Part shown: positions 13,530 to 26,798 of the stretch, one piece after another
How positions within the stretch are numbered: position 1 is the first letter of the stretch
Layout of the letters: each line of letters starts with the position of its first letter
Source: Podarcis vaucheri
Taxonomy: Eukaryota
DNA length: 64,000 nucleotides
Assembly: GCA_965113315.1 (NCBI GenBank)
Contig: OZ220373.1
Reading direction: 5' to 3' (one strand)
Position numbers and translations under genes: made by a program
Notes under the pieces: generated by a model
Seen by the model: only the letters and a program-made list of their open reading frames with translations
Database searches by the model: none
What the model was told of the DNA's origin: nothing

Positions 13530-14010
13530 ATCCATCTGAAAAGCCAGGGTTAAGTGGTGCATCTTCAGCATTTCCCAAAACCCGTATAAAGAAGATGCCA
13601 GAAGCATCTCTGTGGGGCAGGAGATACACAACTTAGGGGCTAACAGGGAAGACACCCTCTCCTGTCCCCAAACTTCCGCAAAGGACCCCCTCTGCTGATC
13701 TTAGCATCTGAAAGAGTCTTTGGGAAAAGAGGCAGCCTTTGAGGTATTTTGGGCACAGGTCATTTAGGGCTTTAAATACTAACATGAGAATCCTGAATTG
13801 CACCCAGAAATGAACATTGGAGCTGTTTTAGAGCAGGGGCTGTTTGAGATCTAAACAGAACCCCATCCAGCAATCTGGCTGGTGCATTTTGGATCCTTTG
13901 AAGTTTCTGAGTTGCCTTCAAGGGCAACCACATGTAGAGCACATAATCTACCAGAGCATGAAGGACAAGTCATCTCTGTCCAAAAGGGGCTATAGCTGGT
14001 GAAGCAGCCA
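13530..14010 (-). mobile_element. Degenerate L2 LINE 3' fragment
   Basis: Antisense L2 ORF2 C-terminal sequence (GGTCATTTAGGGCTTTAAATACTAACA...TGAATTGCACCCAGAAA; GCATTTTGGATCCTTTGAAGTTTCTGAG). Similar to fragments at 17280-17560 and 28500-28760. Confidence 0.6.
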
Positions 14011-15786
14011 GAGCTGAAATAAAAAAAGGGAAATTGATTACATGCAGTTTCACAAGGGAGATAGGATTTGCTTTGCATCTCTTACTGCATCATGTGTGGT
14101 AGCCATGAGAAAATGCCTTTACATTTCCAATAGCAATGAAGATAAGTGCTGACTCTCAGTGAAGTTAGGATTGTAGCATTTGTCATGCTTAGAAATAATT
14201 TCTGTTCTAAGCATGACTAAGACTGTATCCAATTTACTGCTTTTGAAAATAGCCAGGCGTACTTCTTTGTACAGGAGGAAACTAGGGCAGCATTAGAACT
14301 AGGGTAACACAAGAATGGAAAACTGGAGAAAGGTGATAGAGCATGAACTGAAGTTAAAGGAACAAAGTGAGAATGAGAGATGATTCTGGCATATGAATCC
14401 AAATGCGGCTAAGGGTATAAAACTGCAAAGCTGCAAGAATTAGTATTGGGACTAATGAGTAGGTGCTCAAGATGCCTCCAAGTGGAAGAAAGTATGAGGT
14501 GTAGCTGTAGTTATTAAATAGTTTCTCCTGCCACACCCTGTATTCTGGCTTTTCTTTTTTCTTTTGTTTTTGTTTTCAGTGCTGGAATGAATGGGCAATG
14601 AGTTTTAGTTTTGAGATGGGTGGCAGGATACCTCTCCTCCCACTCTTGGTCTGTTCACCTCACCCATGGTACAGGTATTGCAGCTTTGCCAATTATTAAT
14701 AAGTTCCCAGCCGAGCAAGTAGAGTTACATCTGTTATTTAACAATTACAGATTTAACATGGAACTCCCTGGTGTCACTTTTCTTTAAGACAAACATACAA
14801 ATTTACTGGTTTTAGGTATGAATAGAATTCCTATTTTGCCTATTATATGTTTCATACAATAACACTTCTGGGGTGAATAACTTATTTTTTCTGCTTTGAA
14901 CATGAGTGGTGATCACACGATGAATAAGGCATCCATTTTACGTAGAAAAGGTGCTTCGAGTACCCTCTGGTTGGGGGGAAGGAAAGCTTTTTGCAAGCCT
15001 CTTACTGAAATCCTCTCCTTTTTATATAAGTGACTGCTAGAATTCTGGAAGAAATGTGTATTTGCAGTGGAAAGATTAAAGTTGGAAGATTTTTTCTTTC
15101 TTCTGCAGTAAAGGAGACCCTGATTTTGTTCACAGCCTCTCAATAATCAGGAAGATAGTATCAAAAGTGATAGGTTTAAGTCTTGGAAAAGTCTCTGAAA
15201 GATGATCTCATTTCTGAATCAGCATGGGGGGGGAACAACTGTGTGAACTTTGAGATTTATTCTTCATTAATACTAAAGGAATTAAACTGGCTATTTTGTT
15301 TATTTAATGAGACTTTTAAAATAAAATTCCACGTTGAAATTATGGCCACCAAGAAAGCTACAGAAAAAAACAAAGATTATAACCTTCCCCCCTTTGAATG
15401 AACCTGAATGGTATCTTCCAAACAGATGACAAAGTACCTTTGGCTGAATCACACGTACAAGGACAGGGTTTTCAGCAGAATGGGAGGGCTAAAACTATTG
15501 TAATTTTTATTTAAAGCTTGGCAGCATACGCATCAGATCATTTAACCAGAAAGGGAAAAGTTTTTTATTTATTTATAATTGAGAACAGAAACTTGTTCGC
15601 TACTAAGGAAGCCTATAGTATCCAGCTGCTTTGCTGTGCTTTAAAGTTGCCTTGAGTGGAGCTAATGTTTACATTTTCAGTGGGGAGAGGATAATCAAAT
15701 CGGGATTATTTCCCTTTTTTTCTTTTTGTATATATCCCTCCTTTTTTAAAGGGGAAAAACACAACTTGTGTGTTTAAGGAAGGAAT

Positions 15787-15878
15787 ATGGATATGTCTGA
15801 TCCACATTTTTGGACTGTGTTCTCAAGTTTTACAATGCCTCATTTGAGAAGTGGAAACAGACTCCGCCGAACACAAAG
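15787..15878 (+). CDS. MAST4: MAST4 alternative first coding exon B (MDMSDPHFWTVFSSFTMPHLRSGNRLRRTQ-S)
   Basis: ATG GAT ATG TCT GAT CCA CAT TTT TGG ... CGC CGA ACA CAA AG|GTAAAA. 30 codons + 2 nt, phase 2, joins exon 38502 (AG|T = Ser). Resembles the recalled MAST4 isoform start MDMSDPNFWTVLSNFTLPHLRSGNRLRRTQS and the MAST1 N-terminus MSDSLWTALSNFSMP...FRRTKS. Confidence 0.9.
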
Positions 15879-16759
15879 GTAAAAACTGAGTTCAGGAAGC
15901 TTATGCTTCTAGTTGTTTGTTGCCGTTCTTATAAAGTTTTCAAAATGTAAATAAATTTTGGCCGCATACAATTGCCGAATAGCTTGTAATGCAGGTAAAT
16001 ACTGCTTCAGCACTTCCGCCTTCTTTGTTTTGAGGTTTCATGCTACTTTTAACACTCAGTAGGCTATAATTAGTTTGTAGACTTATGGCTACCTTAACTA
16101 TAGGTAGAGGGAAAAAAGTTTCAGTATTTGGATTTGTGCATCAATGAAATCTAATCACTGAACGTTTTATTGTTTCAAGGTTAGTAAATACAGGTAACTC
16201 TTTTGTAGAGAAAGTTCAGTTTCAAATTAATGTTCTATATCTAATTCACTTTTTCCCAGAAAGGAGTTCTTTAACGGGGGGGGGGGGTGCCACTTGTTAA
16301 TACTGTGATTTTTCTGTTTATCAGAAAATGTTTTTCTGGAAGACAATTAAAATAACTAGAGAAATGTGGCATGTAAATAAAGTTTGGATTATTATTTTTG
16401 AAATGATTGCATTAATCTGGTGCTTTTGCTTAACCTGTGATAATGGGCTCCTTTTTTGTTGAGTGACAGCTTGATTAGTATTTAATCAGTTTTTTTTCTG
16501 AATTTTGGCAGGATATTTTCATTGGTCTATGTTTTGATACTACTTGTGTGTCAAGTATTAAGATACATTTCTGTAACTACAGCTTTTCTCGCTTCAGTCA
16601 GAAGCAATAACAGAATAATGACAAGATCTAATCTGAAGTACATAACTAGTGAATTTGATAGAAACTAGAAACTAGAGCTATGTTAGAAGAAACAAAAAAC
16701 TGATTAGAAATGAGCTAACAAGTATTTTTTACACTATGCATCACATGTAGTTATGTATG

Positions 16760-17590
16760 TATTTTTAGACTTCCTTTAGCTAGAATCCCAGGGTGGGTTT
16801 GAAAACAATCAAATAAAAGATACACATCATACAATCATATTAAAATATATAAACATTATATAAAACAAATTACAATAAAAAATAATAATATAGCAGTAAC
16901 AACTCATCCACTTTTGGAATTCAGTTAATGCACAACTTCCAAAGTTTGAAGGGAAACCATAGATCTTCAGCTGGGACCAGAAGACCACCAGTGAAGGAGA
17001 CAGGTGCACATCCATAGAGAGGTAATTCCACATCCAGGGCACCACAACAGAGAAGACTCATTTTAGTACTTAGGCTAGTGTAACTCATGGTTTACTGATG
17101 TGTAAATAGTCTATTGACTCTTGGAAACTTTGGGTACAGTCTGCATCTGTTTATGGATACATCATCATCATCATCATCATCATCAATAATAAATCACTTT
17201 ATTACCTGCCCTTCACCATAATGTCCCACAAAAATACATAATAAAAAACAGCAACCAGTACCCACCCCCTCCCCAACACATTTTAAAAGGGCATTGGATA
17301 TCAGTCAGCCAAAGGCCTGGTTAAAGAGGGACATTTTTGCTTGGCACCTAAAGGTGTATAGTGAAGATGGTCTTTCATATATTTGAGGACTAAGTCATTT
17401 GGGAATTAAACATGAATGTGATCACCTTGAATTAGGCCTAGAAACCAACTGGCAACCAGTACAGCTGTTATAAAGCAGAGATAACAATAGCAATAAATGG
17501 AACCCTAGGCAGGAATCTGGCTGTTGTATTTTGAACCAGTGGAAGTTTTTGAGTCAATTAAATGCTACCCCGTTTAAACTGAACCATAGT
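16760..17590 (-). mobile_element. Two adjacent L2 3' fragments
   Basis: Minus ORF VVPWMWNYLSMDVHLSPSLVVFWSQLK resembles L2 VAPxLWNSLP...F...LK. The second fragment begins at an (ATC)n tail at 17160. Confidence 0.6.
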
Positions 17591-17629
17591 TAGCATGGAT
17601 GTGGACACATTGCTAAACTCTTGTTATGA

Positions 17630-18105
17630 GCATAACTAAAGCTGCGGTGAACTCAGACCAGGGTCTACTTAGTCCAGCTTTCTGTTATCAGAATGGCCGA
17701 TCTGTGGGAAGCCCAGAAGCAGTCATGATCATAATAACACTCTTCCAATAGTTTGCCAGCAATTGGTATTCAGAGGCACATACTTCTGATAGAGGCAGTA
17801 TATATAGCTATCATGACTAGCAGCCATTAACAGCCTTTTTCTCCATGAAACTTTCTAATATTTTTTTAATATTTTCCAAATTGGTGGCTATCAGTACATC
17901 TTGTGGTAGCTTGTAGCTTAACTATTAGCTATACAAAGTAATACTTCTTTTTATCTGTCCTGAATCTCACACTGTTCAGCTTTGGATTACCCTAGGTTCT
18001 AGTGTATATGAGAGGGTGGAAAACTTAATTCACTTTCTTCATACCATTCATAATTTTCCTGTCCCATACATTTCTTGTATGTGTTTTTTTTCTAAACTAA
18101 AATGT
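17630..18105 (-). mobile_element. CR1 LINE 3' fragment
   Basis: Reverse complement of the CR1 3' region at 49550-50230 (e.g. TTTATCTGTCCTGAATCTC vs GAGATTCAGGACAGATAAA; TCTCCATGAA vs TTCATGGAGG). Confidence 0.8.
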
Positions 18106-18183
18106 TTTGGGGCTGGATAATGTCTTATGGCTACTTGGGGGAGGGAACCCTCTGGAACCACAAAGACAGTTGTGAGTTGCATA

Positions 18184-18443
18184 AAGATAAAGGGACCCCT
18201 GACCATTAGGTCCAGTCGTGATCAACTCTGGGGTTGCGGCACTCATCTCGCTTTATTGGTTGAGGGATCCGGCATACAGCTTCCGGGTCATGTGGCCAGC
18301 ATGACTAAGCCGCTTCTGGCGAACCAGAGCAGAGCACAGAAATGCCGTTTATCTTCCCGCCGGATCTACTTGCACTTTGAGGTGCTTTCGAACTTCTAGA
18401 TCCTAGGCTCTGTGGTTTAACCCACAGCGCCACCCGCCTCCCT
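18184..18443 (-). mobile_element. Sauria SINE (lacertid type) with internal deletion
   Basis: Homologous to the 61955-62325 copy. 14-bp TSD TTGTGAGTTGCATA at 18170-18183 and 18444-18457. Confidence 0.9.
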
Positions 18444-18588
18444 TTGTGAGTTGCATAGGGATAGAGAAATCCATGGAAATAGCTTCATTGCCCTTTCCTC
18501 CAGCAGGAAGCCTTTTCATTTGCACAAGAGCAAGTCTGAATCCAGCCCTGTGTTTTACATAGGCCCCTTAATGTGCATGACTAATAAG

Positions 18589-18697
18589 GTAAAGGTAAAG
18601 GTACCCCTGCCCGTACGGGCCAGTCTTGAGAGACTCTAGGGTTATGCGTTCATCTCACTCTAGAGGCCGGGAGCCAGCGCTGTCCGTAGACACTTCC
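18589..18697 (-). mobile_element. 5'-truncated Sauria SINE
   Basis: (AAAGGT)n is the antisense (ACCTTT)n tail. Perfect 14-bp TSD GCATGACTAATAAG at 18575-18588 and 18698-18711. Confidence 0.9.
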
Positions 18698-18829
18698 GCA
18701 TGACTAATAAGCTTGGCTAAATCCAAGGCTTAAACCTATAGAAACATTCATTCTGATTATCATGTCAGATTACAAAATATTTTGCTATTGCACTGGCTGA
18801 AAAAAGAATATCATCTTTCCCGATTAACT

Positions 18830-19540
18830 TGAGGAGTGCCATTTGTGGCCTGACATGGTGAGGGGAGTGGCCAGTGTCTCAGGCTCGTTGTGGGAAAATG
18901 GGGGCTGGATGGGACTTCAAGGAGCTAGCTGGGTGTCCTGAGGGCGCTGAGCCATGGAGCAGACCAGACAGAAGACTTTGTTCCACTTGGTCCGCTCCTG
19001 GCCTATAGAAGGCATGCCTTGTTTGCTTGCCTAACCAGTTGCACTGGGCTTTTTTTCAGCCTCCCACCCCCTGTTTAATTTACCTCTTCTTTGCAGGAAT
19101 GGGTTTGCTGACCAATGACTTTCCTATGGACTGCTGGTTTCAGGGCTGGGGAGAAATTTTGCTCACAAGAAAATTTGCTTTGGCTTGTGGCTTTAGCCTA
19201 CCTCATAGCAATCGTCACAACATTTGATGGCGAGAGAGACATTTGGCTGGATCCTTAGTTGGGAAAGATAGGGAAGGGATTGTGGAGGTGGTGCTTTTCA
19301 TCCTGAAGCCCAGCTCAGGGGCTGATGGGCCATAGTATCCCTGCCAGTGGCCAAATCAGGTCTACTAGAAGTAGGTCACATCGTGAACCAATCCCCACCT
19401 GTTGGCTGACAGCATATCAGCCAGCAAGTGGACTGGTTGAGTAATGGATCCATGCCTAATGCTTATGTTAAACCTATACTTCTGTAATCAGTAAAGTTGT
19501 GGCATAATTTTAATCCACACGGCTCTGTGTCATTCTTTGC
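18830..19540 (+). repeat. GC-rich LTR/DIRS-like terminal repeat relic
   Basis: GC-rich island ending GGATCC...CAGTAAAGTTGTGGC. Similar ends occur at ~23960-24010 (GGATCC...AATAAAGCTGTGGCC) and ~60415-60460 (GGATC...AATAAAGCTG). Family uncertain. Confidence 0.35.
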
Positions 19541-20479
19541 TGCCTGCTCATCCACCCACAACTTCACTGCATGGGAGCCCACAATTGATTAGTGTGCTTA
19601 GAGACCAAAAGGGTGTGCCTTTCCCAAGTAGGGCTGCTTCATTATGGCACATAGCAGGTTGGCTTGGAAACACAAAGTTGGAAGTGTTAAATGGCAACCG
19701 TGTATGATATTAATCCAGTGTTTTAATGTCACATGCCACATATAAGTAACAGATTATTTTCTTTTGTGTTCCAGTCTAACTTTAGTATTTAATTTTTGTA
19801 TTGGTTCTGTATAATCCACCATTGGCTCAGCCAGTGAAAATAATCATTGGGCATATGCACACCTATTTTCTACTTTGCTAAGGATAGTTCTTTCTGCTTG
19901 CACTGTTTTTCTACGTCCTGATCCTCCACTGCCCAGGGGGCTGTTTCCCTTTGAAGATTCAGAACCCCAGACCTCAGAAAGCTTGATAGGGCCTAAGCTC
20001 CCCCTTCCCAATGGTACAGTTACCTCTTCCAGGCTCTTGAGGCACCACATTGGTGACATACTATGGAGTCATGGGTGCTTGGCATGAGTGATGCTTCTTC
20101 CAGATACAGGATAGGAGCCTGAGACTATAAAAAGAACACCAAATGCAGTGTTTGTGGGAAGACCACACGTGACTGTACTACAGATGAATCAGTAAACTGG
20201 GGTGCTTTTCTTTCCCTTCTATCTCTAAAGTGTGCCGTGCAAACTGTTGATATGAAATGGCCTCCTTCAGTGGATGGGAAATGTTAGCCCTGCCACTTCA
20301 TAAATATGAATGTGTTTTTAGTTTTTATTCCGTTTTAGATTTATGCTTGTTTAAATGCATGTGCTGTTTTTTGTAAGTTGCTTTGAATTACTTTTCATTT
20401 AAAATGTCACTAATAAACAAACAAGCAATGAAAAGCTTTCTGTTTGCTTGTTAGTTTTGTCCTTGGTATGGTAGTGCAT

Positions 20480-20990
20480 TGATCCATTTTGCGTATATTG
20501 CTAAGCCAAACTATGATTTTATGCAAATGTGTGACTTCCTGATGTAAAGATCTTGGCTGCAGTGGTTCTCCCCAAGGCTGGCTGCGGCTGTGCTATTGGG
20601 GGCTAAGCCATGGTTTGGCTTAGCAGTACCTTTGAACCTTGGTTTGTCTTGCTGCAGATAAAGCACAAGCTGTAATCAAACTTTATTTTGGCCAGAGCTT
20701 TTTTTCAGCCAGAACTGATTGGAACTCAGTTTCGGCACCTCTCAGGTGGGTGCCACTGCCATTATATGAGAACAAGGGAGGTGTTCCTGGTGAGTTCTGG
20801 CACCTCTTAAGTAGCACAGCTTACGGCTCAGAAAGACAAAAATGTAAACCTTGGTTGAGCTGTAACATATAGTCAATCCATGGCTCAGCCCCAGGTAGCA
20901 TGGCAGCTGCAGGAACTGAGACTGAAGGCAGTCGCATCTGCTCAGTTATGCTAAGCCATGGTTTGACTTAATGCTAAGTGTGAATGGGGA
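20480..20990. repeat. Old palindromic DNA-transposon relic with a nested MITE fragment
   Basis: Repeated hairpin motif GCTAAGCCATGGTTTGGCTTAGC (~20602) and variants (~20500, ~20950). A nested segment at ~20695-20810 has a duplicated GGCACCTCT motif. Confidence 0.45.
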
Positions 20991-22744
20991 CATTATTTCT
21001 CAAGTGGTGAATTTGGTGGGGGGGTTTTGAGGGAGGAATTGCACAGATTTGTATAACTTTTAAGAACTTTAAATAATTTACTTTTTGTTTATTTTGTGAC
21101 ATCACCATATAATTGTGTTGGGTTGTTGCGTTTGGCAGTTGGTCTGAAAAGCAGAACATCATTTTTTGTGATTATATGAGAGCTGAGTTTATTAACAACA
21201 TTGGTATATCACTGAGGACAAATTTGGTTGTTCAGTATATTTGAAGTAACCCATGTTTATTTGCCAAAGAGTTCCTTTTGGGATTGTAGGTTTTATATGA
21301 GATTTTAGAGTGATTGTTAAAGACTCTGCTTTATCTTTATTGTTAATTTCTTTCCTCATGAATCTTTAAGGTGTTGGCTTTATTTATAGCTTTTTTGTTT
21401 TTGTATATTACATATCCTAACTTGCTGGCTTAAAAAAAAAAAATACAATAGATGCCAGGCTATTCCATGTACAGTCAGACCAATGGTTAATCTAGTCTTG
21501 ACTTGCCTGTGTTCATCAAGTGGATTTAATCTCACATCTAGAATAATTCTTAGGTGTGGCCTCTGCTTTCATACAACAGTTTGCACTTTAAGTCAGTCTA
21601 TTATTTGTATTAGCAGGACATTTGCTTTAAACAAATTTGGATATATGGAAATGGAAATCAAGATTTGATAAGGAATAAGTTTATTCCCGTACACCAGTTC
21701 CTAATATTATTCATTTTCTCAGAAACCACAAGCTTCACATTTTCAGATTAAGTAATTACAAGCTGCTCCAGATGCTGGTATTCATTGATACTACTTTTCA
21801 GAACCATTGAGTGTAATTAACATTCACATCCTTTATGATTACTTAGACCTGCTGTGGTAGAACACTTTGTTTCAAACCTGAATAAAACGGAAGGGCAAAA
21901 CAGCTTGTGGTGAAATCTTAATCATCAGGGGAAAAGAGACTTGTGATTCTGTTGAAAATGATCCAGCAGAGAAACAGCAGATGTAGAATAGTAGCAGTTT
22001 GAAGATAGGCACTGGTCCCAATAGATAGAAACAAGTTTCAGAAGTTTGGGACACTAAGATTACTTCCATATCGATTTGCCCATTGGAGAAGGTTCAAAAA
22101 AGCAAACTGTACTGCAGTTTATCTGTACTAGCTGTTATTGTCTGAAGGTGTTATTTCATCAGGTCTGGTGTCAGTAAAAATGCCATAGTTCATTTTCTTC
22201 CTTAATTGTCCCTACACAATTTTCCCCCAATGCATATTATTCCTAAAATTTTATAATCCATATTCATTTCAACACAGTTCTGAATTAATTATTCTAGGTT
22301 GTATCTAATTGTGTTTGCACACAAGTGGGAACAGATGTCTTGTTACTGCAAAAGGACTTGGACTTCCTCACTTCTCCACTGCAGCATCCCCCCCCAAAAA
22401 AAAAATGTACTGGAAGGCTGGGAAGGGGATTGTAGGGGGAGGAGAGGATACTAAATTGTGTGAATGGAAGGCAATGTTGGATTTAACCCTCTGTAATTAA
22501 AATAAATTACTTCCCTTTTCACTAGTTCATGTGTCTAAATGCTCAGTTGTTTAAAATGTTGCAATGTACATTGATTACTGTACTACAAAATCACTTTACT
22601 GGTTAATTTTACCCAAGAATGCAGTACAAGTACCTTAAAACAAGTGCCACAGTTACCCCTCAGTGGCCATTCATAGGCTTACACCTAAGTAAACACACAT
22701 AGGCTTGGAACTAAATGTGAAATGAAAAGGTATGTGAGAATCTA

Positions 22745-23155
22745 TGGTTGGTTGGCATCCGTTTGTCCTGAGAGACAGTGAAAGAATACACCTTTGGGGG
22801 TGATGTCAAACTTTCGGAAAGTTACAGGGCCTGCACTGGCTGTAAACACCAATACAGGAGAGACATGTTTTGTTGCACTTGGAGCAAATGAAGGTGTCCG
22901 GTTGTCCTGATGCAGGTGTACCATGGCATTTCTTCTTTCTGCGTTCTTTCCTGTGGTCATTCCTCCTTTGGTCCCTGCTCTGGATACAGAACTTATTTTC
23001 AGGCACTGCAGTTTTCTGCAAGGGATTCGTACATCGCGGGGTTAATGTTGTCAGCCTTCATGTCACATTTGCATACATCTTTGTGACACAGAGTTGGTCT
23101 GCTAATGGCCCAGTGCCTGAAGCCAGCTCCCAATAGAGCACTTCCTTGGGGATCA
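22745..23155 (-). mobile_element. RTE-clade LINE 3' end (non-BovB)
   Basis: Minus strand IPKEVLYWELASG...RPTLCHKDVCKCDMK... and the C-terminal FICSKCNKTCLSCIGVYSQCRPC (CxxC..SRIGLxSHxRxC-like). Short-repeat tail. Confidence 0.8.
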
Positions 23156-26100
23156 CATAACACAACTTAGTTCTTATTAGTACTGGTGGAATGGCTACCT
23201 GATCACCAAGAGTCAATCATACTTTTTAGCAAGTAAGCTAAATGGATTTTAAACACTAAGAAGTCTGAATTAAAAAAAAAGTATTTATGCAAAGTAGTAC
23301 TAGGCTGTACAGTAATACTAAAGCAGTTGTTTGAATGAGCATGAGTTTCCATGAGCATGGCAAAAAGTATGTTGAGTATAAAACACAGATCAATTTCTTA
23401 TTACTTCCCATTCTTAAAATAGTGGTGGCCACCATATTTGGCAAACATGTCACAAGCTTGAGGTCGAAATTATGACTCTGCAGTTCTTAGTGTGCAATAA
23501 ACTATGTATACAGCTCATACCTGGGGGTGGCTTGTCTTCTACTGTTACTGAGCTAGAAATAGAAGCAAAGCAGTACTGAAGAAGCAAACAAGGGCATAGA
23601 CCTGATTCTAATCCATAGCCAGACTGGTGAGCCCTGCAGCCAGATCTGGGATCTGGGATCTGGGTGTGGACCAGGGTGAAGCCTGTGCTGGCCTTTATGT
23701 GCACCTGGGCTATAAAACCTGGGACTGCAGCAGCCCTGAAGCTTCTGAAGCCACCACCAACTGACTCACCTACTCTCAGTGAAATACATGGGGGGGTGTA
23801 TCAAACAGCTGTTGGTTGATAGGGCTGGGAAGCAACTTTATCTATGGTTGAAACTGATCCACTGTGTGGTGGAAAACCACCTGCTGGAATCTCGTCAGGT
23901 TGCCCAAGGAGGCAGGCTGGATGAGAGATTGGGCCAGCTGGTGGACTGCCTGGAAGAATGGATCCTTGCCCCATGCCATGCCCAAACCCCAATAAAGCTG
24001 TGGCCTCGTTTTTCGCCCATATCCTGCCTTTGTTTGGTTCTTGCTCACACTTGCCTGCCTCCCCCGTGCTTGGTGTGCAATAGGTCTTAACTCTTCTCTC
24101 CAAACAATGACGACTACATTTAAATGTTTTTGTAGTAAAGTCAGTTTGGTGACTCATAACCTTATGAGCTGGAGTCATGCTTCTTCCTTTTACTTTGTTT
24201 CCTAATGCCTTATTCCTCCCAATATCTGTTTTGCAATGAAGAAGCCTGCATTTAAACTGCGTAACAGTGAGTAAAGGGTGTTTCATCTAGTATAAGGTTG
24301 TCTCCTAGAGAAATGTTTTCTGTCGAGTATTTTTGGCACATTAGAAACTTCGTATCAAAAGAAATCTACCTACTTCAGAAACACCCGTTTCGTTTGGAGT
24401 AAAGTCCAACATTATAGATAATGATTATTTTTAATGTTGACTAGGAGTACCATATGTTGTCCAATGGAAAGCAAATGAGCACCACAGAGTTCTATTTCTT
24501 TCTCATCTATCTAAATATGGTGTTTCAACTTTTTAAAGAAACCTTTGTGACCATGTCTCTGATTCTGCAGCTTTTTATTTTTCAACTTAAATAAAACAAC
24601 ATTAGCAACATAATTTCTCGCATATAATTTTGATGCCATAAGCACTTGCTGCTTGAAAGAGAAGGAAAAGTAGTTAAGCAAGTTTTGTGGCTGTCTGGTT
24701 TTCACTTAGAAGGCTTATGCCAAAGCACATGACTGGTGCTGTGCCACCCAAAGATTATTAATGAATAGGCCATGCCTTCCTTTGCTGAGGGCACAAGAAG
24801 GGACATGTAGAAAGCAGGAGAGTTTTTACAAAAGTTTCTTCTGACTTCAGGCAGGATTACTCACTGCTTTCCCCCTGCTACTTCCTCATGTTAAAATGAG
24901 CATAGCATGATGTAATTGTCTTGTCATATAATCTGTGAGGTAGTTTCAGAGCTGAACTGAATTTTTCCATTTATACCATCTTCTATTTCCTATTTGTACA
25001 TTCAGCAGAGGACTTAAGAGTACTAGTCATCTGTACTAAATCAGGTAGCTTCAGTAAACTAGAAAACTGGGAGAGGCCTGTGTGGTAGAAGTTTTTTTGT
25101 TCTTTTCTCTCTCCAGAGTTTTTTGTTGCTAGGGTTGGTGGCAAGCAGATATTCAAGCTGTGAAACTTCTTATGTTAATTGACAAATGCCCTTACCATTA
25201 AATTTGTGTTAAGCAACTATTAAAGAGCTAGAACCCCACCATTATGAATTTGAAGTCTTCATTAAAGGAAAGTAGTTTAAGGTCTGCTAGAAAAAAAGTT
25301 GCAACATTACATACTGGCTTGAATTAAAAAACCAAGAACTTATATGAACATTCATGTGGTGGTTTTTTTTTGGGTGTTTTTTTTTTATAAAAAAGTTGGT
25401 ATAATATGAACATCAGAGTCCTTTTAGTAATAGGAAAAGGTTCATTTAGAACCAACTTAACTGCCATTTTCTATCTGTGGGCAATATACAACAAAATAGC
25501 ACAATGGGACTTCCCCCTCACCCTTTCCCTCTGTGCCATCCCCATGCTCCAGAGAGTTTTCAACATATCCTGTTTTCACTGTTGCTATAATGAAATGAAA
25601 AGAAAAACAGAACCCTTTGATCTCTTGCTAATATTGCTCCTTTTCCAAGAAAGAAGTGTCAGGATATCATTCTGCAAGAAAACCCAGACAGTTTTCACAC
25701 AATTTTGTGAGACTGGATGTTTTGGCTAGGTTATGCATTGTCATGGCAAGCTGTGTGGCAGTTCATATACTTCTAAGGTTTAATACATAACAGGGGGAGT
25801 AACGAGAGCGGTGAGTGACATGCAATGCCGAAACAAAAAAAGTTCCATTAACCGTGTTATCACAAGACACAGAATACATCAGTTGATACCATGAACTGGG
25901 TTGTTGTCCTTGTGTTGTGCTTTGAACTGCTCCTTGAGCATGGTTTACAGTCATATTTTCTCTCATGGGTGTTGTTAAATTAGAGTAAACACTATGTCTA
26001 ACAGTTGCTAAACAGTGTGTTGGATAAAATTAATAGTGTTTAGGTGGAAAATTCTTGATTGTAAAAATGCTGACCAAAATATATATTAAAATAAAACATT

Positions 26101-26576
26101 TGAATGAATTTGTCATTCTGTATGGCAGAAGTTGTGAAAGATACATCATGAAAGCTGCTGTTTACCAAATTTCTCTAGGTTAACAGTCTCTGAACTCAGT
26201 TATCCTGTGGCTTGTGTACACAAAGTATGACTCAAAGCTTGGAGTGAGTAGAGTGTCTAGAAAGAATCCCTAAGCTAGAACAAGGAACCTTAACTCATCT
26301 CTTTTCTTCATGATAAGTGATCATGAAAAGTAAACAAAAGGATAGCTATATTTGATAGTTCACAAGACAGCAGAAAAACACAATGGCCTGTGAATGTTTA
26401 AAAATGGTCAGGGGAAGAATGGTAATTGTGTAAACACAGTCTATGCCAAGGAGCCTTCTAAATATGTAGAAGGAGCTCCTTGAACATAAAAGGTGTTGTG
26501 CTACTATTTCAATTAGGGACAGTTATTACTTGCATGCAGGAATTTTCTCAGTATATACCTAAGATAGATTGGTGTA

Positions 26577-26798
26577 AAGTGGTACCTCGGGTTACAGACG
26601 CTTCAGGTTACAGAAGCTTCAGCTAACCCAGAAATTGTACCTTGGGTTAAGAACTTTGCTTCAGGATGAGAACAGAAATTGTGCAGCGGCGCCAGCGGGA
26701 GGCCCCATTAGCTAAAGTGGTACCTCAGGTTAAGAACAGTTTCCGGTTTAAGAACGGACCTCCAGAACGAATTAAGCTCTTAATCTGAGGTACCACTG
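26577..26798. mobile_element. Tc1/mariner (Tigger-like) MITE, second copy
   Basis: TIRs (C>A)AGTGGTACCTCGGGTTA / TAATCTGAGGTACCACTG with TA on both flanks. Collinear with 11900-12134. Confidence 0.85.

Noticed and set aside
15020-15032. TATA box for first exon B
   Set aside because: TATATAAG is ~760 nt upstream of the ATG in AT-rich DNA, with no independent TSS evidence.
23779-24286. Overlapping 103-aa and 161-aa ORFs
   Set aside because: No recognisable protein similarity or splice context; they overlap an LTR-like relic.
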